DNA from: Acetobacteraceae bacterium
GTDB lineage: Bacteria > Pseudomonadota > Alphaproteobacteria > Acetobacterales > Acetobacteraceae
Assembly (NCBI GenBank): GCA_049591635.1
Contig: JBAWFF010000408.1
Location: forward strand, 1-51,386
DNA length: 51,386 bases
Reading direction: 5' to 3'
This document shows, piece by piece, positions 1-8,697 of this stretch. The position numbers were made by a program, and so were the translations under genes. The first letter of the stretch is position 1, and the number at the start of each line of letters is the position of its first letter. The notes beneath the pieces are model-generated. The model made no database searches. It was not told the origin of the DNA and worked only from the letters and a program-made list of their open reading frames with translations.

Positions 1-2
1 CC

Positions 3-209
3 CTCGGCCACTCCCTGGAGCCGGCCTTCCCCGCCGCCCTCGCGCTCGCCGCGCTCGCGGTCAGCCGGGGTGCGCTGTTCCCGCCGCTGGAACCCGCCGA
101 GATGGCGATGCAGGCGCCGTTGCGTCAGGTGCTGGTGACCGGGTGGGGGCACTGGCGGGGCGAGGCGATGGCGCTCGTCACGGCTGCGGACGCCGGCGGC
201 GGCGGATGA
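3..209 (+). CDS. 3' end of a ketosynthase-like protein (FabF2XL-type partner of the lipid A VLCFA cluster), truncated by the window edge
   Basis: An open frame enters from the 5' edge and stops at TGA 207-209. The tail (LGHSLEPAF...PP...VLVTGWGHWRGEAMALV) parallels the GH...PP...NSFGFGG C-terminus of KAS enzymes in degenerate form. It lies upstream of a real KAS, a Zn-ADH and an LpxL-like gene. Confidence 0.55.
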   Translation, partial: LGHSLEPAFPAALALAALAVSRGALFPPLEPAEMAMQAPLRQVLVTGWGHWRGEAMALVTAADAGGGG

Positions 210-243
210 TGATGTCGTGAAGTATCGGGACCATACCCCTCCG

Positions 244-518
244 CCGTCATGCCCGACCCCTCCACCGTCATGCCCGCGAATGCGGGTATCCACGTCTTGC
301 TGGGCGGCCAAGGAAGACGTGGATACCCGCATTCGGATTGCCCTGCGAAACTCTGATTCCGGCCGCCCTCTTCTCTTCATTCCCGCGCAAGCGGGAATCC
401 AGGCGGGCCGCAAGGTGCTGGAAAGCCTGGATTCCCGCTTTCGCGGGAATGACGAGTTTGGGCCAAGGGAGTTCCTTAACGCGACTTTCGCAGCGCCATC
501 CATTCGCGGGCATGACGG
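244..518. repeat. Composite REP/MITE-like palindromic element with perfect 18-bp terminal inverted repeats
   Basis: CCGTCATGCCCGCGAATG (265-282) is the exact reverse complement of CATTCGCGGGCATGACGG (501-518). A partial direct copy, CCGTCATGCCCG, sits at 244-255. Internal hairpins include ATCCACGTCTT...AAGACGTGGAT (287-324), ATTCCCGCGCAAGCGGGAAT, CCAGGCGGG...GCCTGG and ATTCCCGCTTTCGCGGGAAT. Its translations give the classic spurious peptides (FIPAQAGIQ, PAFAGMT, SFPRKRES). Confidence 0.8.
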
Positions 519-571
519 TGTTTTTGATCATGTGCGATCGCCCCTGCCACAGAGAGAAGGGGGACTCTAAC

Positions 572-1840
572 GTGGACATCGACAGGCTCGGCCGGCCGGT
601 GGTGGTGGTCACCGGGATCGGCGTACTGACCTCCCTCGGCGAAGGCGTCGAGGACAACTGGACGCGGCTGACCGCCGGACAGTCAGGCATCACCCGCATC
701 AGCCGTTTCCCGCTCGACGGGCTTCGCACCACGATCGCGGGCACCGTCGATTTCGTCTCTCGCCCCGATCCCTCCTCGGCCGCCCTCGCTGAAGAGATGG
801 CCCGCCGCGCGGCGGCCGAGGCCATTGCCGGCGCCGGGATCGGCCGGAGCGGCGATTTCCCCGGCCCGCTCTTCCTCGCCCTCGCCCCGGTCGAGATCGA
901 GTGGAGCAACCGACGCGCCTTGGCCAAGGCGGCGCCCGACGCCACCGGCTACGACGCGCTCCTGGCGGCGGCGGCACGGCCGGGCTTCGCGCCGTGGCAC
1001 CAACGTTTCCTGTTTGGTTCCGTCGCTGAGGCGCTGGCCGACGAGTTCGGCACCAAGGGCTCGCCGATCGCCACCTCGACCGCTTGCGCGTCCGGCGCGA
1101 CGGCGATCCAGCTAGGCGTGGAGGCGATCCGCCGCGGCGAGGCGGAGGCCGCGCTCTGCGTCGGCACCGACGCCTCGGTGAACCAGGAGACGCTGATCCG
1201 CTTCTCGCTGCTCTCGGCGCTATCGACCCGCAACGACGACCCGCCAGGTGCGGCGCGCCCGTTCAGCAAGGGCCGCGACGGCTTCGTAATGGCGGAAGGC
1301 GCCGGCGCGCTGGTGTTGGAGAGCCTGGCCCATGCACGGGCGCGCGGCGCGCGCATCCTGGGCGTGATCGAGGGCTGCGGGGAGATGGCGGACAGCTTCC
1401 ACCGCACGCGTTCCTCGCCCGACGGCAAGCCGATCATCGGCTGCCTGCGCAACGCCCTCGCCGATGCCGGCCTGTCGCCGGACGACATCGGTTACATCAA
1501 CGCGCACGGCACCTCCACGCCGGAGAATGACAAGATGGAATGGCTGGGCGTGTCCACCGTCTTCGGCGAACGGGCCGGCGCGCTTCCGATCTCGTCGAAC
1601 AAGTCGATGATCGGCCACACGCTGAGCGCCGCCGGAGCGATCGAGGCGGTGTTCACGATCCTGGCCCTGCGGCGTGGCCGGCTGCCGCCGACAATCAACT
1701 ACGACGCGCCCGACCCGGCGCTTCCCGTTGACTGCGTGCCGAATGTCGCGCGCGACGCCAGCGTGGCGCACGCCATGTCCAACTCCTTTGGCTTCGGCGG
1801 CCAAAACGTCGCCCTGGTGATCGGCGCGGCGCCTGAATGA
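572..1840 (+). CDS. fabF: Beta-ketoacyl-ACP synthase II (FabF1XL-type, lipid A very-long-chain fatty acid synthesis)
   Basis: GTG at 572 is preceded by GAGAAGGGGGA. The N-terminus VVVTGIGVLTSLG is typical of KAS enzymes. Other KAS signatures are the active-site ATSTACASG, HGTSTP, GHTLSAAG and the C-terminal NSFGFGGQN. The ORF-track start at 338 reads through the repeat element and is rejected. Confidence 0.9.
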   Translation: MDIDRLGRPVVVVTGIGVLTSLGEGVEDNWTRLTAGQSGITRISRFPLDGLRTTIAGTVDFVSRPDPSSAALAEEMARRAAAEAIAGAGIGRSGDFPGPLFLALAPVEIEWSNRRALAKAAPDATGYDALLAAAARPGFAPWHQRFLFGSVAEALADEFGTKGSPIATSTACASGATAIQLGVEAIRRGEAEAALCVGTDASVNQETLIRFSLLSALSTRNDDPPGAARPFSKGRDGFVMAEGAGALVLESLAHARARGARILGVIEGCGEMADSFHRTRSSPDGKPIIGCLRNALADAGLSPDDIGYINAHGTSTPENDKMEWLGVSTVFGERAGALPISSNKSMIGHTLSAAGAIEAVFTILALRRGRLPPTINYDAPDPALPVDCVPNVARDASVAHAMSNSFGFGGQNVALVIGAAPE

Positions 1841-2865
1841 GCATTCGCGCGCTGCAACTGCTGGCCGAGCGTGAAATCGCCCTGCGGGTGATCGAAGCTC
1901 CGGTCGCTCCTGGTCCTGGCGAGCTGCTGCTGCGCGTGCGCTATGTCGCGCTCAACCACATCGACCTGTGGGGCCTGCGCGGCATGGCCTTCGCCAAGCG
2001 CCATTTTCCGCTGACCGTGGCGGCCGAGTCCGCGTGCGAGGTCATCGCGGTGGCCGAGGGCGTCGACGGCTTCGCGCCGGGCGATCATGTCGTGCCCTAC
2101 GCGGCGATCACTTGCGGGGAATGCCGGTTTTGCCGCCAGGGCATCGAGAATCTGTGCCAGAATCCAAGCGGTGTGCGCGGCTTCCATCTCGACGGGTTCG
2201 CGCAGGAGATCACGACCCACCCCGCGCGCCTGACGCTTCCGATCCCGATCGGCGTCGACCCGCGCGACGCCGCCTGCGTCCCGGTCGCCTACTCGACGGT
2301 CGAGCACATGCTGTTCGACAACGCCGGTCTAGAACCCGGCGAGTGGATCCTGATCCACGCCGGCGGCTCCGGCATCGGCAGCATCGCCATACGAATCGCC
2401 AAGTCGATCGGCTGCACCGTCATCACGACCGTCGGCAGCGGCGCGAAAGCGGAGAAGGCACGTGCGCTGGGGGCCGATCACGTCATCAACTATCGCGAGG
2501 ACCGGTTCGAGGGCGTGGTGCGAAAGATCACCGCCAAGCGCGGGGTGGACGTCGTGTTCGAACACACCGGAGCCGAGACGTGGAGCGGTTCGCTGCTGTC
2601 GCTGCGACGCGGCGGACGCCTCGTGACGTGCGGCGCCACCTCCGGGCCGAGCGGCAACCTCAACCTGATGCAGCTGTTTCAGCAGCAGTACCGGATCATC
2701 GGCTCGTTCGGCGCGCCGCTCGCGGCGCTGTCGCGCGGGCTGGGGCGGATCGGCGCAGGCGTCCGGCCGGTGATCGATTCCGAATACAAGCTGGACGATC
2801 TGCGGGTCGGCCTGGAACGTCTCGAGGCGCGCGACGTATTCGGCAAGATCGTGGTCGCGCTCTGA
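1837..2865 (+). CDS. Zinc-binding alcohol dehydrogenase / MDR-family oxidoreductase (AdhA2XL-type)
   Basis: ATGA start/stop overlap with the KAS gene. MDR features are the CGECRFCRQGIENLC zinc-cysteine cluster and the GGSGIGS nucleotide-binding glycine motif. The gene sits between KAS and LpxXL, as in the acpXL-lpxXL cluster. Confidence 0.85.
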   Translation: MSIRALQLLAEREIALRVIEAPVAPGPGELLLRVRYVALNHIDLWGLRGMAFAKRHFPLTVAAESACEVIAVAEGVDGFAPGDHVVPYAAITCGECRFCRQGIENLCQNPSGVRGFHLDGFAQEITTHPARLTLPIPIGVDPRDAACVPVAYSTVEHMLFDNAGLEPGEWILIHAGGSGIGSIAIRIAKSIGCTVITTVGSGAKAEKARALGADHVINYREDRFEGVVRKITAKRGVDVVFEHTGAETWSGSLLSLRRGGRLVTCGATSGPSGNLNLMQLFQQQYRIIGSFGAPLAALSRGLGRIGAGVRPVIDSEYKLDDLRVGLERLEARDVFGKIVVAL

Positions 2866-2869
2866 TCGT

Positions 2870-3760
2870 GTGACGTCGCCGCTTCCTCTTGTCGAACGCC
2901 TGCTCGGCGGCCTGGCCGTCGGATTGCTGCGCACGCTCGCCCGCACCGATCCTAACCGCGCCTCGGCGCTGTGCGGGGCGGCGGCGCGACGGCTGGGGCC
3001 GTTCACTCCGGCGCACCGCATCGGCCAGGCGAACCTGCGCGCTGCCTTTCCTGAGCGGAACAGCGCCTGGATCGAGGCAACCCTGCGCGGTGCGTGGGAG
3101 AATCTGGGCCGCGTCGTCGGCGAATACGTCCATCTCGGCCGGCTCTGGGATTTCGATCCCGAGCACCCCGGCGTCGGCCGGATCGAGACCGATTCCGCGC
3201 AATTATTCTACGAACTCCTGAACGACGGTCTCCCGGCGCTCTGCTTTGCCGCCCATCTCGGCAATTGGGAGCTGCCGGCGGTCGCGGCCGCGGCACACGG
3301 GCTGCCTTCGGCCGTGATCTACCGGATGCCCAACAACCGTGTCGTCGCCGCCGAGATCGCCCGCATCCGGGCGCCCCTCATGGGCCGGCTGATCCGTACC
3401 CGGATGGAAGCGCCGCTCGAAATGGCGGGGGCGCTGCGTCGGGGCGAGCATCTGGGGATGCTGGTCGATCAGCATTTCTCGCGCGGCGTCGACGTGACGT
3501 TCTTCGGGCGGACGTGCAAGGCCAATCCTTCGCTTGCGCGTCTGGCTCGGCGGTTCGACTGCCCCGTGGTCGGCGTGCGCGTCATCCGTCTGCCCGGCGC
3601 TCGCTTCCGTGTGGACGCGGTGGGGCCGCTCGACCTGCCGCGCGAACTTGATGGGTCCGTCGACGTGTCCGCGACCATGCAGATGGTGACTTGCATCATC
3701 GAGGGATGGGTCCGCGAGCACCCCGACCAGTGGCTATGGTTTCATCGCCGCTGGCGCTGA
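2870..3760 (+). CDS. lpxXL: Lipid A biosynthesis lauroyl/VLCFA acyltransferase (LpxL/HtrB family, LpxXL-type)
   Basis: GTG start lies 4 nt after the ADH stop. It has the AAHLGNWE motif (the HX4D/E acyltransferase motif of the LpxL family) and the typical C-terminal PDQWLWFHRRW. Confidence 0.85.
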   Translation: MTSPLPLVERLLGGLAVGLLRTLARTDPNRASALCGAAARRLGPFTPAHRIGQANLRAAFPERNSAWIEATLRGAWENLGRVVGEYVHLGRLWDFDPEHPGVGRIETDSAQLFYELLNDGLPALCFAAHLGNWELPAVAAAAHGLPSAVIYRMPNNRVVAAEIARIRAPLMGRLIRTRMEAPLEMAGALRRGEHLGMLVDQHFSRGVDVTFFGRTCKANPSLARLARRFDCPVVGVRVIRLPGARFRVDAVGPLDLPRELDGSVDVSATMQMVTCIIEGWVREHPDQWLWFHRRWR

Positions 3761-3856
3761 GCGGCGCGCGGTAACCTGCGGTTAAGACGGATATGCGCGT
3801 TCTGGATCCCTTGACGCGCGGGCACTGATCACCCCCGCGATAGTGAGGAGGGTCCG

Positions 3857-4243
3857 GTGGCACCCACACGCGATGGGCCCGGCGTCGGCTGGCGACTGAC
3901 AGGCACCATTACCGCGGCGGCTCTTGTGCTGGCGGCAGCGGGCCTGGCGCTTATCGCGTCGGCGCCGTCCTCGGCGCCGGAGCATCCCGTGTTGCGCATT
4001 TCGCAGCGTAATGAGCAGTTCCACCCCGGCGTCCTCGTCATTCGTCGCGGCGACACGGTGCGCGTCATCAATGACGACGGCGAGGTTCGCCACCACGCGT
4101 ATGTCGACACGCCGGAGTTCAAGTTCGATTCCGGTGACCAGGAACCCGGGCGTCATTCCGACATCCGCTTCACCATCGCGGGGCACTTCGTCGTACTCTG
4201 CGCTATCCATCCCCGGATGCGTCTCGACGTGGACGTGCGCTAG
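3857..4243 (+). CDS. Membrane-anchored or exported cupredoxin (type-1 copper protein, MauL/amicyanin-like)
   Basis: GAGGAGG lies 5 nt upstream of the GTG start. There is an N-terminal hydrophobic segment (ITAAALVLAAAGLALIASAPSSA). The C-terminal ligand loop CAIHPRM (Cys-x2-His-x2-Met, the amicyanin spacing) is paired with an upstream His pair (VRHHAY). Confidence 0.8.
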   Translation: MAPTRDGPGVGWRLTGTITAAALVLAAAGLALIASAPSSAPEHPVLRISQRNEQFHPGVLVIRRGDTVRVINDDGEVRHHAYVDTPEFKFDSGDQEPGRHSDIRFTIAGHFVVLCAIHPRMRLDVDVR

Positions 4244-4267
4244 CCGCCTCGGCACTCCATCGCGACG

Positions 4268-5269
4268 TCAGGCCGGCGTCGCGGCGGCGCCGAACAGTAG
4301 GACATGCAGCCCGTAATAGCAGGCGACGGTGCTCGCCAGCGCCAGGCAGTACACCACCGGCGCGAGCGCCACGGGCTTGCGCGCCTCGCGCGGCCGCTGG
4401 TCCACCGCGACGGCGAGCAACACCACGATGATGGGCGCGTGACCGATCGCGTCGATCTTGCCGAACGGTCCGATCGCGCCAATGAACATCGCAAGCAGGA
4501 TCACGGCGGCGGAGCGCCGCACCAGCGGCGTCCACAGCATCGCGAACGCCAGGCTGAACTCCGCGAACCCGGCGGCGCACATATAGAACCGGCGGCTCAA
4601 GCCCATCGCCATGTCGGGATGGATAACGAACAGCGGGTAGGTCCATTGCGGATAGGCCCATTTCTCCACCGAGGCCCACATCAGCGTTATGGCGGCGCCC
4701 CAACGGAGCACGTCCAGCGGACGCAGGTCGAACCAGGTTCGTCCCGACCCAACCATCGCCAGGTAGGCGGCCGAGGTGAGGAAGATCGGATAGTCGAGCA
4801 TGTGGTACAGGCCATAGTCGCGTATTCCCAGCGCGTACAGAATGGCGATGCCGCCGGCCGACCACACCATCGTCGGCCGCCACAGCATTCCGATCGCGAT
4901 CGAGAGTTGCAGCCAAGGGATGAAGGCGACGTGGGTCTTCAGTTCGGGCGTCAGGATGATGTCGCCGAGCGTCCACAGGCACATGAAGAACGCGCCGTAG
5001 GACGCGCGCATCAGGGTCTCGATCTGCCCCTCGATCAGCGTCGAAAACTCGTTGATGCCGTCGAGCAGGAGTTCGCCGATCTTCAGCCCCTCGATGATGC
5101 ACGCCACCAGCAGGACGCCGACGCCCAGCAGCAGGACGTCACGGAAGTTGCTGGTCCAGACCAGGTTCAGCGCGCGCGGGCGGGTAAAGACGTTGTATGC
5201 GCAGAACCATTTGACGTGGGCGCTCGCGGCGTTGCTCCAGAGCACGCTCGCCATCGCGGCGAGCCACAT
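4268..5269 (-). CDS. Polytopic inner-membrane protein, function unknown
   Basis: From ATG 5269, MWLAAMASVLWSNAASA-HVKWF resembles a signal or first-TM segment and is followed by about 8 hydrophobic helices. G+C-rich codon usage begins only here. The ORF-track extension to 5659 crosses an AT-rich non-coding stretch. Confidence 0.65.
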   Translation of the reverse strand: MWLAAMASVLWSNAASAHVKWFCAYNVFTRPRALNLVWTSNFRDVLLLGVGVLLVACIIEGLKIGELLLDGINEFSTLIEGQIETLMRASYGAFFMCLWTLGDIILTPELKTHVAFIPWLQLSIAIGMLWRPTMVWSAGGIAILYALGIRDYGLYHMLDYPIFLTSAAYLAMVGSGRTWFDLRPLDVLRWGAAITLMWASVEKWAYPQWTYPLFVIHPDMAMGLSRRFYMCAAGFAEFSLAFAMLWTPLVRRSAAVILLAMFIGAIGPFGKIDAIGHAPIIVVLLAVAVDQRPREARKPVALAPVVYCLALASTVACYYGLHVLLFGAAATPA

Positions 5270-5618
5270 GAGGTGATGAAGGCGAGGGAACCGGCACGCG
5301 AGCCGACGTCGGATCGCCAAAAAAGGAGCGAGTCCCGTCACATGAGTTATTTGTAGGCCGGGCCATAAACCTATTGTTAACCTCTTTGACGAAAAATGCG
5401 ACGGCGTTGATGCAACAAGAAAGGGTTTTGTCATGCTGCTCGCCACTGGATTGGAGGTTATCGGGCATTGTCCCGCGGCGGTCGCGGTGCCGAGGGGAGC
5501 GGCGAGCCAGCGTCTGCTGCGCCGTCTGGTGGGGGCGGCTTTCATCACCGCGTTGCTCGGCATCGGCTTGGCGTTTCCGATTGTGTAGGCCGAGGAGTTT
5601 GCCGTCTCGTATGGGCCA

Positions 5619-6665
5619 TCACCGTTCCGCCCGCGGCAACGGTGACGGCCGGTCGGCATTCAATGTCTCCAGGAACGCCACGAGGTCGGCCTCGTCCGAG
5701 GCGGTCAGGCCCAATTCGCCGATCGCCTCGGCCCGGCTTGGCCGGGCGATCCCACCGCGATTGTAGAGAGCGATCACCGCGTCGAGGGTGGGTATCGACC
5801 CGTCGTGCATGTACGGCGCGCGCCGGGCTACGTCGCGCAGCGACGGCGTCTTGAAAGCGTAACGCAGCTTCACCGAGGTCGGGAACAGCAGGCCGCGTCC
5901 GATATCGGTCCCGGTCGCGGAGCCGACGTCATGGAACGACCCGTCGGTGAACGCCCAGCCGGAATGGCAGGAAGCGCAACGCGCGCGGCCATTGAACAGA
6001 TCGAAACCACGCTTCGCCGCCGTGCTGATCGCGCTTGCGTCACCGCCAATCCAGCGGTCGAACGGCGCCTCGCCCGCCACGATCGTACGCTCAAACGTCG
6101 CCAGCGCCTGCTCGACGTGTCTCCGCGAGATCGCCCCATCCGGGAAGGCGCGGGCGAAAGCAGCGCGATATTCGGCCGAGGCCGACAATCTGCGTACCAG
6201 TTCGGCCTCGGTGAGATTCATGTTATCCGCTGCGGTAATCGGCGCGAAGGCGACGCTTTCCAGATTCCGGAACTTGCCGTCCCAGCCGAGCACCGGCACC
6301 CAGGCGACGTCGATCAGCGTCGGCGTGCGCAGGGCCAAGGTCGCACCGCTATCGCCGATGGCACGCGCCCGCCCGTCGGACCAGCCCAACGACGGCTCAT
6401 GGCACCCGGCACAGGCGAGCGTGCCGGAATTGGACAGCGCCGGGTCGAAGAACAGGCGACGGCCGAGCGCGGCTTCGGTTGGGGTGTAGGGATTGCCACG
6501 CGGGAAGGGGATGGCACCGGGGCGTGCATACAGCGTCTTCCAGTACGGTCTGTGCCATGCGGGTGATGAGGTCATGTGCACCGCGGCGAAGGTGCCGCCC
6601 GCCACGATCAGCAGGGCCGCCGCGGCGACCGGCACAATGATGCGGATCCTCCATTGCGGCCTCAC
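5619..6665 (-). CDS. Di-haem cytochrome c peroxidase / MauG family protein
   Basis: Two CxxCH haem motifs (CAGCHE and CASCHS). It has the family signature FKTPSLRDVARRAPYMHDGS and an N-terminal signal anchor. Confidence 0.9.
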   Translation of the reverse strand: MRPQWRIRIIVPVAAAALLIVAGGTFAAVHMTSSPAWHRPYWKTLYARPGAIPFPRGNPYTPTEAALGRRLFFDPALSNSGTLACAGCHEPSLGWSDGRARAIGDSGATLALRTPTLIDVAWVPVLGWDGKFRNLESVAFAPITAADNMNLTEAELVRRLSASAEYRAAFARAFPDGAISRRHVEQALATFERTIVAGEAPFDRWIGGDASAISTAAKRGFDLFNGRARCASCHSGWAFTDGSFHDVGSATGTDIGRGLLFPTSVKLRYAFKTPSLRDVARRAPYMHDGSIPTLDAVIALYNRGGIARPSRAEAIGELGLTASDEADLVAFLETLNADRPSPLPRAER

Positions 6666-6759
6666 GATCGTCCCACTCTCGCCGATGCGGACTCGATGTC
6701 CCGGCCCGGTTATGCCCCGGACCCGTTAACGAGAGCTTAACGAGAGCGCCGTGAGCCGG

Positions 6760-7929
6760 TCAGACGATGTTGCGCTCGAACAGCGGACGACTTTCCAGGA
6801 TGCGCTCGATCGACAATGGCCGCAGATCGAGCGAGCGGTACTCGCCGAAGGCGATCAGCTCGCTGATGCCGCGCCCGACCGCAGGGGATTGCTGCAGGCC
6901 GTGGCCGCTGAAGCCGGTGGCGAAAACCAGGTTCGGCACGTCCGGCGACGCGCCAAGGATGCCGTTGTGGTCGAAGACGTTATATTCGTAATGGCCGGCC
7001 CAAGACCCCACGACCTTCAATGCCTCGAAAGCGGGGACGCGCCCGGCGAGAATCGGCCAGAGGTCGTCCGGAAAAATGTCGTGTTCGACCTCCAGCCCGA
7101 AATCCTCGGCATCGCATTCCTCCTGCGGCGACACGCCGCAAATGAAGTGGCCGCCCTCCGGTCGGAACCAGACCCCGCTGGTGTCGATCACCAGCGGGCA
7201 GGACGGGATCGGTGTCTTGCAGTCGACGACGAATACGCAGCGCTTGCGGGCCTCCACCGGCAGCGTGAGCCCGGCCATCTCCGCGACGGCGCGCGACCGC
7301 GGACCGGCGGCGTTCACGACGATGCCACAGGAGAGCCGCTCTCCGCTCGCCAGCCTCACGTCGGACACGCGCTCGCCCGTCCGCCGCAGTCCCACCACCT
7401 CGTCGTGGAGGTAGACGGCACCCAGAGAGCGGGCCTTGCGCCGGAAGGCTTGCAGCAGGCTATAGGGATCGACCCAGCCCTCATCGCGCCCGATCGACCC
7501 CGCCGCGAGCCCCGTCCCGCTCAGCCACGGGAAGCGGCCAAGCAGGGCCCCGACCGGCAGCAGTTCCACGGCGACGCCGAGGCCGCGTTGTAGCGCGTGG
7601 TTGGCCTGCAAATCCGCGAGTCCGTCGGGGCTCGCAAGGAACAGGTAGCCCTGCTCGCGCAAACTGATCGCGGGCGCCTCATCGTCGACCATCAGCGTAG
7701 TCGGGACGTCGCGCATGAAGCCGATGCCGAATTGCCCGATCCGAACGTTGACCTCGGTTGAGTATTGCTGGCGGACGCCACCGGCGGACAGCGTCGTGGA
7801 TGCCGTACGATAGGTCGGATCCCTTTCCACCACGGCAACCGATCCGGCGAACCCCGGCTCCCGCATCAGGAAATACGCGATGGCGCTGCCGATCGCGCCG
7901 CCGCCGACGATCACCACGTCGTACGTCAT
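6760..7929 (-). CDS. FAD-dependent oxidoreductase (DAO / sarcosine-oxidase-beta-like family)
   Basis: The start MTYDVVIVGGGAIGSAIAYFL is a Rossmann GxGxxG motif. ATGA overlap with the upstream racemase-family gene. The ORF-track N-terminal extension (Arg/Gly-rich) is rejected. Confidence 0.85.
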   Translation of the reverse strand: MTYDVVIVGGGAIGSAIAYFLMREPGFAGSVAVVERDPTYRTASTTLSAGGVRQQYSTEVNVRIGQFGIGFMRDVPTTLMVDDEAPAISLREQGYLFLASPDGLADLQANHALQRGLGVAVELLPVGALLGRFPWLSGTGLAAGSIGRDEGWVDPYSLLQAFRRKARSLGAVYLHDEVVGLRRTGERVSDVRLASGERLSCGIVVNAAGPRSRAVAEMAGLTLPVEARKRCVFVVDCKTPIPSCPLVIDTSGVWFRPEGGHFICGVSPQEECDAEDFGLEVEHDIFPDDLWPILAGRVPAFEALKVVGSWAGHYEYNVFDHNGILGASPDVPNLVFATGFSGHGLQQSPAVGRGISELIAFGEYRSLDLRPLSIERILESRPLFERNIV

Positions 7930-8681
7930 AGGCGGAACAACCGACCGGCGCCGGCGATCGGTTCCGTGATCCCGGCGAGGCGCAGGCAATGCCATGCGAG
8001 CGCATGATCGCTCGACGTCACGGGAATGCCCGCCTCCCCCTCGATCTCCTCGACCGATTCGGCGAGGCGCAGGCTGGTGCACGCGACGAACACCGCATCG
8101 AGTGTCGTGCTGCGCGCCAGCGCCCGGACGCCGCGGGCGATCGAGGCCACGTCGATGCGCGCCGCCTCGCGATCGTCCGGTTTGTCGAACGTGGCGAACG
8201 CCGCCACGTCGATGTCGCGAGCAGCGATGTAGGCGGAGACCTTGGCGTTCACCGCCGGCGAATAGGGTGTCAGGACGCCGATGCGTCGTGCCCGAAGCGC
8301 GCGGAAAGCGGCGAACGCGGCGGTAATCGGGGTCGTCGTGGCGATGCCGGGTCGGCTCTTGTGGATTTCGGCGAACACCGTTTCCTCCCCTAGCACCATG
8401 CTCGCCGAGGTGCAGCCGAAGGCGATCACGTCGAGCGGCAGTCCTGGCAGGATCAGCGCGGTGGCCGGCGCGATCAGCGGGCGCATCGCGGCCAGCGTAT
8501 TGGGCGTGACATCGGCGTCGTTGTAGAGCCGCGCATGATACGTCGCGACGCCGTCCAATCGCACAAGCCGCCGGAACTCGTGCTCCATCGTCTGGTCGGT
8601 CGCCAGCACCAACAGCCCGATCGCGGCGCGCCGGGCGATGCCCGCGTCGAGTGCGCAGTCGAGTGTTCCGAGGTCGAGCAT
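7926..8681 (-). CDS. Asp/Glu/hydantoin racemase-family protein (maleate isomerase / arylmalonate decarboxylase / EutA-like)
   Basis: About 250 aa with two Cys-containing motifs, AFGCTSASMV and VFVACTSLRL, placed as the catalytic Cys pair of two-thiol racemases and isomerases. Confidence 0.75.
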   Translation of the reverse strand: MLDLGTLDCALDAGIARRAAIGLLVLATDQTMEHEFRRLVRLDGVATYHARLYNDADVTPNTLAAMRPLIAPATALILPGLPLDVIAFGCTSASMVLGEETVFAEIHKSRPGIATTTPITAAFAAFRALRARRIGVLTPYSPAVNAKVSAYIAARDIDVAAFATFDKPDDREAARIDVASIARGVRALARSTTLDAVFVACTSLRLAESVEEIEGEAGIPVTSSDHALAWHCLRLAGITEPIAGAGRLFRL

Positions 8682-8697
8682 CGCTAGTCTCCTGGTG

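Noticed and set aside
217-1003. ORF-track entries 217..570(+), 268..945(-), 683..1003(-), 699..977(-), and the 338-571 N-terminal extension of the KAS ORF.
   Set aside because: They translate the palindromic repeat element (giving FIPAQAGIQ, VIPAKAGIQ, PAFAGMT, SFPRKRES, LDSRFRGND-type peptides) or run antisense to the KAS gene. The KAS homology begins only at GTG 572, which has its own RBS.
4256-4280. Hairpin CGCGACG-TCAGGCCGG-CGTCGCG between the convergent cupredoxin and membrane-protein genes, considered as a bidirectional terminator.
   Set aside because: There is no U-tract on either side, and the stop codon of the minus-strand gene lies inside the loop. The structure is too weak to call.
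5270-5659. Upstream 130-codon extension of the membrane-protein ORF 4268..5659(-), and ORF 5139..5468(-).
   Set aside because: The extension crosses an AT-rich stretch whose codon usage is atypical for this genome, overlaps the end of the CCP gene, and has no hydrophobic or family features. ATG 5269 gives a sensible signal-like N-terminus.
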